DNA from: Pyrinomonadaceae bacterium | Lineage (GTDB): Bacteria; Acidobacteriota; Blastocatellia; Pyrinomonadales; Pyrinomonadaceae | DNA: 27,270 nt | Assembly: GCA_041746235.1 (NCBI GenBank) | Contig: JBGTHN010000322.1 | Location: 1 to 27,270, forward strand | Direction: 5' to 3' | Part shown: positions 16,786-26,368 of the stretch, one piece after another | How positions within the stretch are numbered: the stretch's first letter is position 1 | How the letters are laid out: each line of letters opens with the position of its first letter | Program-made: the position numbers and the translations under genes | Notes under the pieces: generated by a model | What the model was told of the DNA's origin: nothing | What the model saw: the letters and a program-made list of their open reading frames with translations, nothing else | Databases searched by the model: none

Positions 16786-17667
16786 TTAAAATACATCTGC
16801 CTTAAAGTTTTTAGCTTCAATTGATTCATTAAATTTGAAGTCATTTAATTCCATTCTCCAATCGAATGCCAAGCCGCTATCATTTTCGGTAGCTTCATAA
16901 GTCAAAGTATATTTATGAGGTAATGTTAGTTTATTTACTTCTTTAAAATCGGAAAAAATTTCTACAAGTTTATATCTTTTTTCCTGTTGTCTGGCTGAAT
17001 TATTAACGCCCAAGCCTTGACCGCCGGAAATTACCCGTGTGTATTCCGTTTTGAAATGTCGAAAAGTTTCGGCATCAAAATAAAGGTTAACATTCAAATC
17101 CGATTTTCTCGGACTATAATCGCATTTATAAGCTTTGATTTCATCTACAGTCTTTATTCCACCGCACTTTAATTTTCCAACCTTTTCGTCATAGTTAAGA
17201 AGTTCCCACGCCGTTGATAAAGTTCCGCCTAAAATACCGACTTTGAAAGTATCTTTATTTTCGAGCATAAAACTGCCAAGCAGAGATCTTTGTCCGGGTT
17301 TTAGAAATGCAACTGTAAATTCATTTCCATCATATCCCATTTTTTCATATGGATAATCATTAATTGGAAATCTCATACCGATCAGGTTTTTTTCTCCATC
17401 GGAAATCATTACAACTAAGCCATCTGTTTCTCCTGCGTTTCGACCTTTTGAAACAGCTTTTGCTGTTCCCGAAGCCATTATTGAAGTAATTGATTTACGA
17501 GCATCGGCTGTTCCGATCGAGTCCAGATGTTTTGCAAGAATTTCTTCAGTTTTAAGTTTATCCGTATTTGGCTTTGCCTCGATGTTTACCGCTTCAAAGA
17601 CAAATGCCAGAGCGAAAACAAAGATGGTTACGAAAGTTTTAAATAAACGAGTTTTTTTATTATTCAT
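16786..17667 (-). CDS. Secreted/periplasmic protein, probable LolA-like (outer-membrane lipoprotein-sorting-like) beta fold
   Basis: Signal peptide, ILAKHLDSIG helix, then beta-rich LYFDAETFRHFKTEY...FSDFKEVNKLTLPH. SD AAGGAG upstream. The fold call is recognition only. Confidence 0.6.
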   Translation of the reverse strand: MNNKKTRLFKTFVTIFVFALAFVFEAVNIEAKPNTDKLKTEEILAKHLDSIGTADARKSITSIMASGTAKAVSKGRNAGETDGLVVMISDGEKNLIGMRFPINDYPYEKMGYDGNEFTVAFLKPGQRSLLGSFMLENKDTFKVGILGGTLSTAWELLNYDEKVGKLKCGGIKTVDEIKAYKCDYSPRKSDLNVNLYFDAETFRHFKTEYTRVISGGQGLGVNNSARQQEKRYKLVEIFSDFKEVNKLTLPHKYTLTYEATENDSGLAFDWRMELNDFKFNESIEAKNFKADVF

Positions 17668-17836
17668 AGCTTCTCCTTACTGATTAAAAGTTTTTCTCAT
17701 TATAAAGGTTAATGATGACGAAATATTTTATTAAATTAAATTTGGTAACGGATTGATCTAAACAATCAAACAAAAAATTGTCTAATGTAAAGTTTGATGC
17801 ATTAAATATATATGTTGTGCGAAAAAAAATGCAAAT

Positions 17837-17872
17837 AAAAAAAGGTGTTGCCTCTTTCGAAACAACACCTTT
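17837..17872 (-). terminator. Intrinsic terminator after the TonB-dependent receptor
   Basis: Minus strand AAAGGTGTTGTTTC-GAAA-GAGGCAACACCTTT then TTTTATT (GNRA loop, U tract). Confidence 0.85.
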
Positions 17873-17908
17873 GTATCTCATTTAAGAGTAAATAAACATT
17901 ACACAGAT

Positions 17909-20900
17909 TTAGAATTCTAAGCGAACTGCAAATTGCATAATGCGTGGACTATATGTACTTGTCGGCGAGATAATACCAAACGAGGTAGAATCAGCATCGA
18001 AAATAGCACTATTTTCTCCAATGAAGAAATTAGTATTGTTGAGAACATTAAATGCTTCAGCACGGAACTGAACATTAAACTTCTCACCAAATTTAGTATT
18101 TTTGATAAGACCTGCATCCCAGTTGAAATACATAGGTCCATCCAAGAAGTTTCTTGGCAAGTTTCCAGTTTGTCCCTGTTGAGCTCTAAATATTACCTGT
18201 CCGGGGAATCTCGAATCTGCTGTTGCATCAAGATTTCCGTTTATAGCCGAGCCATTCGGACCGATTACAGATGGATTAATATAATAGATTCGTCCATTTT
18301 GTTGGAATATGCCGGTTAAAGCTCTAAGCTCATCAGCGGTCAAATTTGAAACAGCTGTTTGACGAGCTGAACGACCTGTTCTATTCAAAGTTCCGTTAAT
18401 ATCAAAAAGAGAAATTGGAACACCTGAACTTATTTGAACGATCGAAGTAAACTGCCAACCACCAATGATCTTATTAACAAATCCACCTTGGTTTAAGAAT
18501 TTTTTACCATTACCAAACGGCAAATCATAGTTTGCATTAATGTTAATGGTGTGTGTTCTATCATGATCGGCTCTTGCATATTCCAAATCTTGTTGGTTTA
18601 TGTCCAAGAACGGGTCGAAACGAGCTTGTCCATCGCCTTGAATATCGGATAAAACTTTACTGAATGTATAGTTGGCTTGGAATGCAAGACCGTCAGTAAA
18701 TCTTTTACGAACTTCAAATTGCAGAGCATTGTAACGATAACGACCACCATTGGTTAATAAATCAACCGGACCTGCATTCGGATTAGCCCGTAAATTAGCT
18801 CCGTTAAATCCATCTAAACCATTGATGATATAGATAAGAGCTAACTCTCCGGCGATACCTTGTTGAACGTAATCACGGATAAAATCTGCCGCTCCTAAAA
18901 GAGGTTGGATCGGAGATGTTCCAGGCAATACAACTTGTCCCGGAAGCATTGCTGTCCCCGTCATTTCGGCAGACGTGCAGCGTCTTGAATCAAGGAACTG
19001 TCCGGTTTGAGCCAAAGTGATTCGGCAATTGTTTCTGGCAATGTTAAAGTCTCGCAAGAAACCGCCGTTTTCGATTTGAACCTGATTGAAGTCATATCCT
19101 CTAACTAAACTGTCGCTACTTCCACCGACATACCGAACTTCTACTGCGGTATCAAAACCGACCTCTCTTGAGAAACCGACATTCCATTGGAAATTGCGTT
19201 GCATTTGAATATTTGGATCAATTGCAAAAACAGTATTAAAGAACTGACCGTTATTGACATTTCCGGTAGCAAAGCTGATCGGAGGACGTTGAAATGCCGG
19301 AAGTGTAAATCCGGGCAAGTTATTAAATCTGGCATTAATTTGAGTAGAGCCATTTTGTAAAGCACGACCCGTCAAATCTAAACCGGCATTACCACCGGCG
19401 GCATTATCCGCACTACGAACATATTCATCATTGATATATCCGACACGGAAACCACCGCGAATTACTCCGGTATTGCCGAAGAGGAATTTAGTTATGCCAC
19501 CTTTGTCCTGTGGAGAATATGCAAAACTTAAGACCGGACCAAAGTTATTATAATCGGGTTTATAGAATCTACCCGGTTTTCCTGCATTGTTTCCAACAAG
19601 AACGTATCGTCCACCCGGATTAAGTATTTGGCTTCTAATCGCCTCAAAAGTATCAGCACCATTCAAATCCGGCTCCAGGTAAACCTGATCAGGATTTTCA
19701 AGCGGGCTGAAATAATCCCAACGTAGTCCAAGATTAAGTGTTAATTCTGGAGTTGCACGCCAAGAATCGCCTATATATAAACCGTATGTTTCATATTCAA
19801 ATTTATTTCTTTTTGCAGTTCCAAGAGCGGGTCCTGTTGTCGGGTTCACAAAGTTTGCCGCGATACTTCCGCTTCCAACAAATCCGCCGAGTAGATAACG
19901 CAATGAATTAGCTCTTCCTCGGTCAGTTGCACTAATACCACCTGGGAATAAAGTATCAGGCAATCCCGGTGTGTTTGGATTGGCAGATGTTGTAATGTTA
20001 TAGATTCCAACACGAGTGAAATTGGTTTCTGAAGCAATACGTTGAGCATTAAAATCAATACCGAAACTTAATGTGTGGTTTCCAAATGAATAGGTTGAAT
20101 TATTTTGAAGCGTATATTGATCTGTCTTACGACCTTGTGCTTGGAATAGAGATTCCGGATTGGTCATAAAAGGAATTCCGCCAATAACATAATTTGTTGC
20201 GAAGTTCGGATCTTCATTGAAGAACGGATCACTTTTGGAATAAGCACCACGAATTTCATTTGTGAATTTTGAACCAAGGACACTTGTATAACTTAATAGA
20301 TATGTTTCTGTTGGTCCGCCTTGATTATTTACCGGAACGACATTGAATGTGTTATCAATATCGGTTCGGTCATCGTTGTTTTTATTGTATTTGTAAACAA
20401 AGTAGAGTGAATTACGATCATTGACATCAAAATCAAATCTCATTGTAAGTGCATCTCTGGTGTCATTGTCACGTTGGTTAAATGTAAACTGCTGAGTCAA
20501 TCCTCCGTTTAATACCAAACCGTTCCCTGTTCCCGGTGCTCCGTTAAGAACACGAGCCTGAATGGTCGGGTCAACTCCTGCTAAAGGACCACCGTTTGCA
20601 GCCGGAATCGGTCCGGTAAATCCAGCTCCGGTCAAAACATTTACCGAGCGTGCTATACCATCTCCTCCGACATAATTAAATGTTCCATTTCTAAACTGCT
20701 GAAGCAAGGTATTTACAGTTTTTGAAGTTTGTTGACGAAGCAAGAATCTTTCATAGTTTACAAAGAAATAAGCTTTATCTTTAATAAAAAGTGGGGTGCC
20801 AACTCCGGCTCCGGGGAGCGGAAGCGGTCCACCAATTTTTCCACCGAACTGGTTACGGTTTAAGAAAGGTCTCTTAACACCAGTGGCGTTATTGCCAAAG

Positions 20901-21661
20901 TCATTGGCAGCAAATTTCGAGTTACGGTTATAAAGATAACCAGCCCCGTGAAAGTCTCGACCTCCGCGTGGTGTAACTAATTGAATCTGAGCTGAACCAC
21001 CACCGCCAAGTTCTGCACCTGCGTTTTGAGTGGTAACAGTAAATTCATTTGTGTCATCAACAGACGGACGATCTTGAACAAAACCACCGGTTCGGATGAA
21101 GTTATCCTGAACATTAATACCATCTCTTGTAAAGTTGGTTGAAGATGTTCTTTGTCCATTAACGTGATTACTAGCTGTTGCATTAACACCGGCTTGCAAA
21201 CTCAAAAGTGAAAGCGGATTACGACCATTAATAGGTAGGTCTAGAATTTGTTTTTGGTCAACTGTATTACTCAATTCACCGTCACTTGTATTTACAATTT
21301 CAGCACCTGCTTCAACTGTTACCTCGACGCTGACATCCCCAATTTCCAATTTTGGATTTAATGAGTAGTCTTTGTTAGCATCAATTCTGACTTCATTAGC
21401 AACGAAAGTTTTAAAACCGTTTGATGTAATTCTTACGGTATAATTTCCGAATGCTAATCTTTCAAAAATAAATGAGCCTCTGTCATTGGTCGTTGTTGTT
21501 TGGGTTTGTCCGGTTTGATTGTCCGTAACGGTTACTGTTGCACCGGGCAACAAACCATCAGGACCGGAAACATTACCCAATAGACGACCTGTAGTAGATT
21601 GTGCAAAACTAACCATTGCAAATAAGCAAATCGTTAAGATTGCGAAAGTTATTCGTCTCAT
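17909..21661 (-). CDS. TonB-dependent outer-membrane receptor with N-terminal carboxypeptidase-regulatory-like domain (Oar/acidobacterial type)
   Basis: 1250 aa with signal peptide, G..V.GPDGLLPGATVTVT, LPINGRNPLSLL plug, FLNRNQFGGKIGGP, LNLGLRWDY, QFRAEAFNVLN, C-terminal PRIMQFAVRLEF. SD AAAGGAG. Confidence 0.95.
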   Translation of the reverse strand: MRRITFAILTICLFAMVSFAQSTTGRLLGNVSGPDGLLPGATVTVTDNQTGQTQTTTTNDRGSFIFERLAFGNYTVRITSNGFKTFVANEVRIDANKDYSLNPKLEIGDVSVEVTVEAGAEIVNTSDGELSNTVDQKQILDLPINGRNPLSLLSLQAGVNATASNHVNGQRTSSTNFTRDGINVQDNFIRTGGFVQDRPSVDDTNEFTVTTQNAGAELGGGGSAQIQLVTPRGGRDFHGAGYLYNRNSKFAANDFGNNATGVKRPFLNRNQFGGKIGGPLPLPGAGVGTPLFIKDKAYFFVNYERFLLRQQTSKTVNTLLQQFRNGTFNYVGGDGIARSVNVLTGAGFTGPIPAANGGPLAGVDPTIQARVLNGAPGTGNGLVLNGGLTQQFTFNQRDNDTRDALTMRFDFDVNDRNSLYFVYKYNKNNDDRTDIDNTFNVVPVNNQGGPTETYLLSYTSVLGSKFTNEIRGAYSKSDPFFNEDPNFATNYVIGGIPFMTNPESLFQAQGRKTDQYTLQNNSTYSFGNHTLSFGIDFNAQRIASETNFTRVGIYNITTSANPNTPGLPDTLFPGGISATDRGRANSLRYLLGGFVGSGSIAANFVNPTTGPALGTAKRNKFEYETYGLYIGDSWRATPELTLNLGLRWDYFSPLENPDQVYLEPDLNGADTFEAIRSQILNPGGRYVLVGNNAGKPGRFYKPDYNNFGPVLSFAYSPQDKGGITKFLFGNTGVIRGGFRVGYINDEYVRSADNAAGGNAGLDLTGRALQNGSTQINARFNNLPGFTLPAFQRPPISFATGNVNNGQFFNTVFAIDPNIQMQRNFQWNVGFSREVGFDTAVEVRYVGGSSDSLVRGYDFNQVQIENGGFLRDFNIARNNCRITLAQTGQFLDSRRCTSAEMTGTAMLPGQVVLPGTSPIQPLLGAADFIRDYVQQGIAGELALIYIINGLDGFNGANLRANPNAGPVDLLTNGGRYRYNALQFEVRKRFTDGLAFQANYTFSKVLSDIQGDGQARFDPFLDINQQDLEYARADHDRTHTININANYDLPFGNGKKFLNQGGFVNKIIGGWQFTSIVQISSGVPISLFDINGTLNRTGRSARQTAVSNLTADELRALTGIFQQNGRIYYINPSVIGPNGSAINGNLDATADSRFPGQVIFRAQQGQTGNLPRNFLDGPMYFNWDAGLIKNTKFGEKFNVQFRAEAFNVLNNTNFFIGENSAIFDADSTSFGIISPTSTYSPRIMQFAVRLEF

Positions 21662-21798
21662 AAGTTTCTCCTTTAGTATTATTTTGTTTAATTAAAATGA
21701 TTGGGGTTTTTACACGAAGTAAAGTCTTTTTCTGAATATAATTTTGAAAAGCAACAAAACCTTAACTTCGAGTTAAACACTCTTATAGCTGTCTAAAA

Positions 21799-21814
21799 AG
21801 CAAAAGTCGTTCCA
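21799..21814 (-). promoter_or_regulatory. Sigma54 (-24/-12) promoter for the TonB-dependent receptor
   Basis: Minus strand TGGAACGACTTTTGCT versus consensus TGGCACG-N4-TTGCW: one mismatch, exact GG-N10-GC spacing, oriented toward the gene, about 140 nt upstream of the ATG. Confidence 0.75.
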
Positions 21815-22190
21815 CATATTCTAAGACAGCACAAGCTATTGGAAAAATTACATTTAGTGGGTTTGTTGAATTTTAACTTTTTAAGTTTACGTTGGAAAAT
21901 ATGGATTTTATTGCCATAATTGTATTATTCAAAATCTCGTAAATTATACAAAAAAAATGGAAATAAGGGATTTTTAACGGACATTTTTCTCTATCTGAAA
22001 GCTGAAAATATTGTTTTGAATGTTATTTGTATTGTTACAAAAAACGGTTTTGGATTTAATGCCGCATTTTTAAACACTTTGACGGAAAAAAGATTTTATA
22101 GGTTTGTTAAAGTCGGTTTTTCCTTCATAATTTTGATTGTTATTCAATCATAAAAGAGGCTATACTCAAACAATATTGTTATTATAAGTA

Positions 22191-23324
22191 ATGAATTACT
22201 CAAATTCTTCTAATTCTCAACTTTCATTATCACCGCTTGGAGCGGGTGATTTAATTGACCGTTCCGTAAGGTTTTATCGTAAGAACTTTTGGACATTTAT
22301 ATTGATCTCATCACCTCCGATCATTGTCGGTGCGGTTTTTCTGATTGGTTGGATGTTGTTGGCGAGGAGTCTTTTTTCGGTTAGTCCTTCAAATCCTTAC
22401 GATGCTTCATTTTATCCTGTCTTTGTTTCATTGGGCGGTTTTTTTATTTGGGGAATTCAAATAATAGCCGTTTTTGTCGTGATGGGCGGTGCATCAAGAA
22501 ACTTTGTCCGACACATACTTTTCGGCGAGGCAATAACTTTTCGGGAAACTTACAAAAATGTAAAAAGCCGACTTGGTGGTTTGAGTGTCGCTTCAAGTTT
22601 GCTGGTAATTCTACTTGGCATTTTTGGAATTATTTTATTTTATGTTGGCTTGATCGTTGCTTTTATCGCTATTGCAATTACTTATTGGGCGTTTGAATTT
22701 GTGCCAATAGTTGTTTTTGTTCTTTCGCTTGTGTTGGGACTTGCGACAACTATCGGCACACTTTGGTTGTTTTTTCTGGTTGTTTCAAGATTTGTATATG
22801 TTCCGCAGGTGATGTTAGTTGAAGGGCAAGGAGCATTTTCGGCAATCGGCAGAAGTGCATCTTTGGCAGGCAAAAACGTCAAGCGAGTTGCTGCACTTTT
22901 TATTTTCACATTGGTCGCAATTTATTCGGCTTTGTCACTTTTTTATGTTCCATTGCTTTGGTATGGATGGGCAAATGGTCTGGATTTTATAAGTTTTGAT
23001 GCGGTTGACACTCTTCCTGCTTGGTATGAAATCACCAGTAAAGTTATTATGGAAATAAGTTTGATTTTGCTAACGCCAATTCTAATGATTGGCTTGTGTT
23101 TGCTTTATGTAGATGAGCGGGTTCTTAGCGAAGGATATGACATCGAACTTATGGCGGCTAGACGTTTGGGCGATATTCCGTCCGTTCCACAAAGCTATGT
23201 AAATCCATTACAACCGGCTTTATCAAAACAAACTTCGCCACAATCAAATCCACCATCGAATATGCCAATTGCCAACAAAACACAGACAAAAAAATCATCA
23301 AATTCGATGCTAGGATTGGATTAA
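22191..23324 (+). CDS. Multi-pass membrane protein (GDPD-membrane-domain-like; typical lead gene of DUF4129/DUF4350 clusters)
   Basis: N-terminal LSPLGAGDLIDRSVRFYRKNF, several TM helices, LLYVDERVLSEGYDIEL near the C-terminus. Confidence 0.75.
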   Translation: MNYSNSSNSQLSLSPLGAGDLIDRSVRFYRKNFWTFILISSPPIIVGAVFLIGWMLLARSLFSVSPSNPYDASFYPVFVSLGGFFIWGIQIIAVFVVMGGASRNFVRHILFGEAITFRETYKNVKSRLGGLSVASSLLVILLGIFGIILFYVGLIVAFIAIAITYWAFEFVPIVVFVLSLVLGLATTIGTLWLFFLVVSRFVYVPQVMLVEGQGAFSAIGRSASLAGKNVKRVAALFIFTLVAIYSALSLFYVPLLWYGWANGLDFISFDAVDTLPAWYEITSKVIMEISLILLTPILMIGLCLLYVDERVLSEGYDIELMAARRLGDIPSVPQSYVNPLQPALSKQTSPQSNPPSNMPIANKTQTKKSSNSMLGLD

Positions 23325-23328
23325 ATAA

Positions 23329-23349
23329 AAAGTAGAAAGTAAAAAGTAA
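23329..23349. repeat. Short heptamer array (AAAGTAR) x3 right after the stop codon
   Basis: AAAGTAG AAAGTAA AAAGTAA; no inverted partner seen. Confidence 0.55.
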
Positions 23350-23392
23350 AAAAATTGAGTTAATCAAATTGGATTTTTTAATCAGGCTTTAA

Positions 23393-24445
23393 ATGATTAT
23401 AAGTAAAAACAATATAAAGAAAAATTTTCTGATGACAATTTGTTGTGTCGGGATTTTTCTTTTGTTTTCGCTGACGATTTCTGCCAAGACTCTCGAAAAA
23501 TATAAAGAAGACATACAACATTTAAAAAGAGATTTTGCTTCAATGCTTTCCGAAGATACGGATGATGATTTTAGGAACAAAGTTTTTAATGAAATTCCGC
23601 AATTATTTCCGGTTCAAGAGAAAATAGAATTTAACGATACAAGTATTGACGTTAATAACGAATGGTTGGCGGCGGAAATCAAACGATATAATGAAGAAAC
23701 AGAGGCGGAGAAGAAAAGACTGGTTCTAACTTCAATTTATGAAAGACTTGATGCTATCGAATTCAAAATTGAAGAGGTTGAAGCATCAGTTGAAAGGCAA
23801 GCAAGTAAAGACCAAGAAAAACAAAAACTTGCGGAAATACTAAAGCGTGAAGAATATCAAAAACCTGTTGAGGAAGAAGAAAGTCTGTTCCAAAGGTTTT
23901 TGAATTGGATTGATGAATGGCTCAAAAATAATGTTCGCCCGGAAAGAGAAATGCCTTTGCCAGCCAGCAATTTCGGCGGCGTTGCATACTTTTTGCAAGT
24001 GATTCTATATATTGTTCTCGCCGGAATAATCGGTTTTTTAATTTATAAATTTGCACCATTTTTTATTAGAAAATTTAAGGGACGAGAAAAACGTGAGAAA
24101 AAAGAACGAATTATTTTAGGTGAGAAGATCGGGGAAAATGAAACTTCGAACAATCTGTTCAATGAGGCGGAAAAATTAGCCGTCGAAGGTAATCTACGAG
24201 AAGCAATTCGCAAAGGTTATATTGCCTTTCTTTTTGAATTAAGCGAACGAAAGATGATCGGTTTGACCAAATATAAAACCAATCGGGATTATCTTCGAAG
24301 CGTCCGAAAACAACGCGAACTCCACAATAATATGAATGGCTTAACATTGAACTATGAACGCCATTGGTATGGTTTCCAAGATGCTGTCGAAGAAGATTGG
24401 GAAGAGTTTAAGACAAATTATAAAGAAGCACTTAGCAAAAATTAA
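23393..24445 (+). CDS. DUF4129 domain-containing membrane protein
   Basis: Signal/anchor, coiled periplasmic part, TM, then AEKLAVEGNLREAIRKGY...KTNRDYL...YERHWYG (DUF4129). Start is uncertain (23393 or 23432). Confidence 0.85.
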   Translation: MIISKNNIKKNFLMTICCVGIFLLFSLTISAKTLEKYKEDIQHLKRDFASMLSEDTDDDFRNKVFNEIPQLFPVQEKIEFNDTSIDVNNEWLAAEIKRYNEETEAEKKRLVLTSIYERLDAIEFKIEEVEASVERQASKDQEKQKLAEILKREEYQKPVEEEESLFQRFLNWIDEWLKNNVRPEREMPLPASNFGGVAYFLQVILYIVLAGIIGFLIYKFAPFFIRKFKGREKREKKERIILGEKIGENETSNNLFNEAEKLAVEGNLREAIRKGYIAFLFELSERKMIGLTKYKTNRDYLRSVRKQRELHNNMNGLTLNYERHWYGFQDAVEEDWEEFKTNYKEALSKN

Positions 24446-24507
24446 AGTGTCAAAAAGAATGGAGTTTTAAATTAATAGAACACGGATTCGTATATATTCG
24501 CTGATAA

Positions 24508-26010
24508 ATGAAGCAAAAGTTACTCATATTTTTAGGACTGATCTTTCTGTTGATTATGCTCGTCGGGCTTAATGCTGTGTCCTATGTGCAGAAGGAAAAA
24601 ATTCCCGACAGCGAAGATTATCCGAATCGTTCAAGTTACAATGCCGGAGCGACTGGAACTCGTGCGTTTTATGATCTATTGGCGGAAACAGGAAAAAAAG
24701 TGAGGCGTTGGCAAGAGCCTTTTCCCACTTCCGGGGAATTTGATGCGAATCAATTTTCAACTTTTGTAATTATCGGAAAAACACGGCGTGGACTTGAAAA
24801 GACAGAAGTAGAACACATTTTGGATTGGGTTTCAAAAGGTGGAAGATTGATCGTAATTGACCGCGAACCGTCGGACGAATTGATTTCAACAACATCAAAT
24901 TGGAGCATTTCAAAAACTTTGACAAACAATCCGACCTTGATGGTTGATCCTTCAAACCAAAACCAGATGATTGCAGAAATAGATGCTGTTAAACCAACGC
25001 AACCGACGCTTTTTACAATGCAGGTAAATGGCGTTCAACAGTCGCGTTTTGCTTCATCCATAAATATCAAAAGGCTTTTTGATGAAGATGAATTTAAGGA
25101 AGTTGAAGAATCTGATTCAAACGAAACTCAAGGAGAAAATAATTCTTCAAACGGCGAAGCAGTAAATGATTCAACAACAACAGCATCGCCACAAGATGAA
25201 ACTGGAAATGAAACGGGAAACCCGGAAGTTGACAAGATTTTCAAAACGCCCACACCAACTCCGATCGAATCGGCTGGAACGCCTTTGCCGCATATCAAAG
25301 GCGATGAAACTTATGATGTTTCCGCAATTGCTCCGGTAATTCATCTAGCGAATAAAGACACGAATTTACTGGCTGACTTTCCACTCGGAAATGGGCAAAT
25401 TATCTTTTTGAGCGATCCATATATCGTTTCAAATGGCGGAATAAAATTGGTTGATAATGCCCAACTAGCCATAAATATTGTTACAGCACGAGAGGGAATT
25501 ATTGCCTTTGATGAATATCATCAAGGTTACGGCAGAAATGAAAATCTCTTGTTCCAATATTTTGCAGGAACGCCTGTAATTCCGATATTTTTGCAAATTT
25601 TTTTGCTGGTCGCTTTGGTTTTCTTTTCGCAAAGCCGACGTTTTGCCAGACCTTTGCCGGATGATGAACCGAATCGGCTTTCAAAACTCGAATATGTTTC
25701 CGCAATGGCTCAACTTCAAGGGCGAACAAAGGCTTATGATCTGGCAATCGAAAACATATACACGGATTTTCGTCGTCGTGTCGCAAGGCTTGTCGGAATT
25801 GATAATTATACTGCTACTCGCAAAGAATTAGCTGAAAAAATCGCTGAAAGAGTTGATAAAGATGTCAATGAAATTGAAGACTTAATGTTCAAATGCGAAG
25901 ACATTATGCACGGCGAACCAACTAAAAAGAAAGAGATCGTTCATTTAACAAGCCGTCTTCGTAAGATCGAAGAAGCACTCGGTTTGCGGCGTGGGAAAAA
26001 ACGTGATTAG
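24508..26010 (+). CDS. DUF4350 domain-containing protein
   Basis: RSSYNAGATGTRAFYDLL, ILDWVSKGGRLIV, IIFLSDPYIVSN, IAFDEYHQG, RRFARP, EYVSAMAQL; contains an acidic low-complexity insert. Confidence 0.88.
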   Translation: MKQKLLIFLGLIFLLIMLVGLNAVSYVQKEKIPDSEDYPNRSSYNAGATGTRAFYDLLAETGKKVRRWQEPFPTSGEFDANQFSTFVIIGKTRRGLEKTEVEHILDWVSKGGRLIVIDREPSDELISTTSNWSISKTLTNNPTLMVDPSNQNQMIAEIDAVKPTQPTLFTMQVNGVQQSRFASSINIKRLFDEDEFKEVEESDSNETQGENNSSNGEAVNDSTTTASPQDETGNETGNPEVDKIFKTPTPTPIESAGTPLPHIKGDETYDVSAIAPVIHLANKDTNLLADFPLGNGQIIFLSDPYIVSNGGIKLVDNAQLAINIVTAREGIIAFDEYHQGYGRNENLLFQYFAGTPVIPIFLQIFLLVALVFFSQSRRFARPLPDDEPNRLSKLEYVSAMAQLQGRTKAYDLAIENIYTDFRRRVARLVGIDNYTATRKELAEKIAERVDKDVNEIEDLMFKCEDIMHGEPTKKKEIVHLTSRLRKIEEALGLRRGKKRD

Positions 26011-26030
26011 TGATTGATAGTTAATGTGAA

Positions 26031-26062
26031 TCAAGATTCAAGATTCAAAATTTAAGATTCAA
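26031..26062. repeat. Heptamer array (TCAAGAT-type) x about 4.5
   Basis: TCAAGAT TCAAGAT TCAAAAT TTAAGAT TCAA; reverse complement of the ATCTTGA array at 27140-27251. Confidence 0.8.
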
Positions 26063-26098
26063 CGCTTTGAATTTGAAATTCAACGGTTTGTCAGCGAG

Positions 26099-26215
26099 TT
26101 GCGGAAGTTTATTTTTGGTTTGCGGAAGTTTATTTTTGGTTTGCGGGAGTTTATTTTTGGTTTGCGGAAGTTTATTTTTGGTTTGCGGAAGTTTATTTTT
26201 GGTTTGCGGGAGTTT
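26099..26215. repeat. 21-bp tandem repeat (VNTR), 5 full units plus a 12-bp partial
   Basis: TTGCGG(A/G)AGTTTATTTTTGGT with variant order A,A,G,A,A,G; no spacers. Confidence 0.97.
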
Positions 26216-26280
26216 GAATTTCAAATTCGGAAGTGTGAATCTGCCGGCATTCCGTTAAAAAAACCTACTCTTGATTCACA

Positions 26281-26362
26281 TAGTTAGTAATTGGTAATTG
26301 GCAGAAAGATTTATCTTCAATTAACAAAATGAATTAAAAACAAAATACCAATTACCGATTAC
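26281..26362. repeat. Inverted heptamer arrays (TAATTGG / CCAATTA) ending 6 nt before the TSUP ATG
   Basis: TAGTTAG TAATTGG TAATTGG (26281-26301) and CCAATTA CCGATTA C (26348-26362). Confidence 0.7.
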
Positions 26363-26368
26363 ACATAT

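Noticed and set aside
17684-17881. 65-aa ORF between the receptor and the LolA-like gene
   Set aside because: Runs through the terminator hairpin and has no protein-like features.
22050-22066. Second sigma54-like site TGGATTTAATGCCGCA toward the membrane-protein gene
   Set aside because: Only the GG-N10-GC spacing matches; it lacks both the CAC/AAC and TTGC context.
21920-22153. 77-aa ORF in the divergent intergenic region
   Set aside because: TTG start, no SD, AT-rich low-information sequence and no recognisable motif.
26099-26215. CRISPR array
   Set aside because: Units are contiguous with no unique spacers, and no cas genes are in the window.
26099-26287. 62-aa RKFIFGL-repeat ORF
   Set aside because: Open only because the 21-bp unit lacks stops in that frame; TTG start inside the repeat and no SD.
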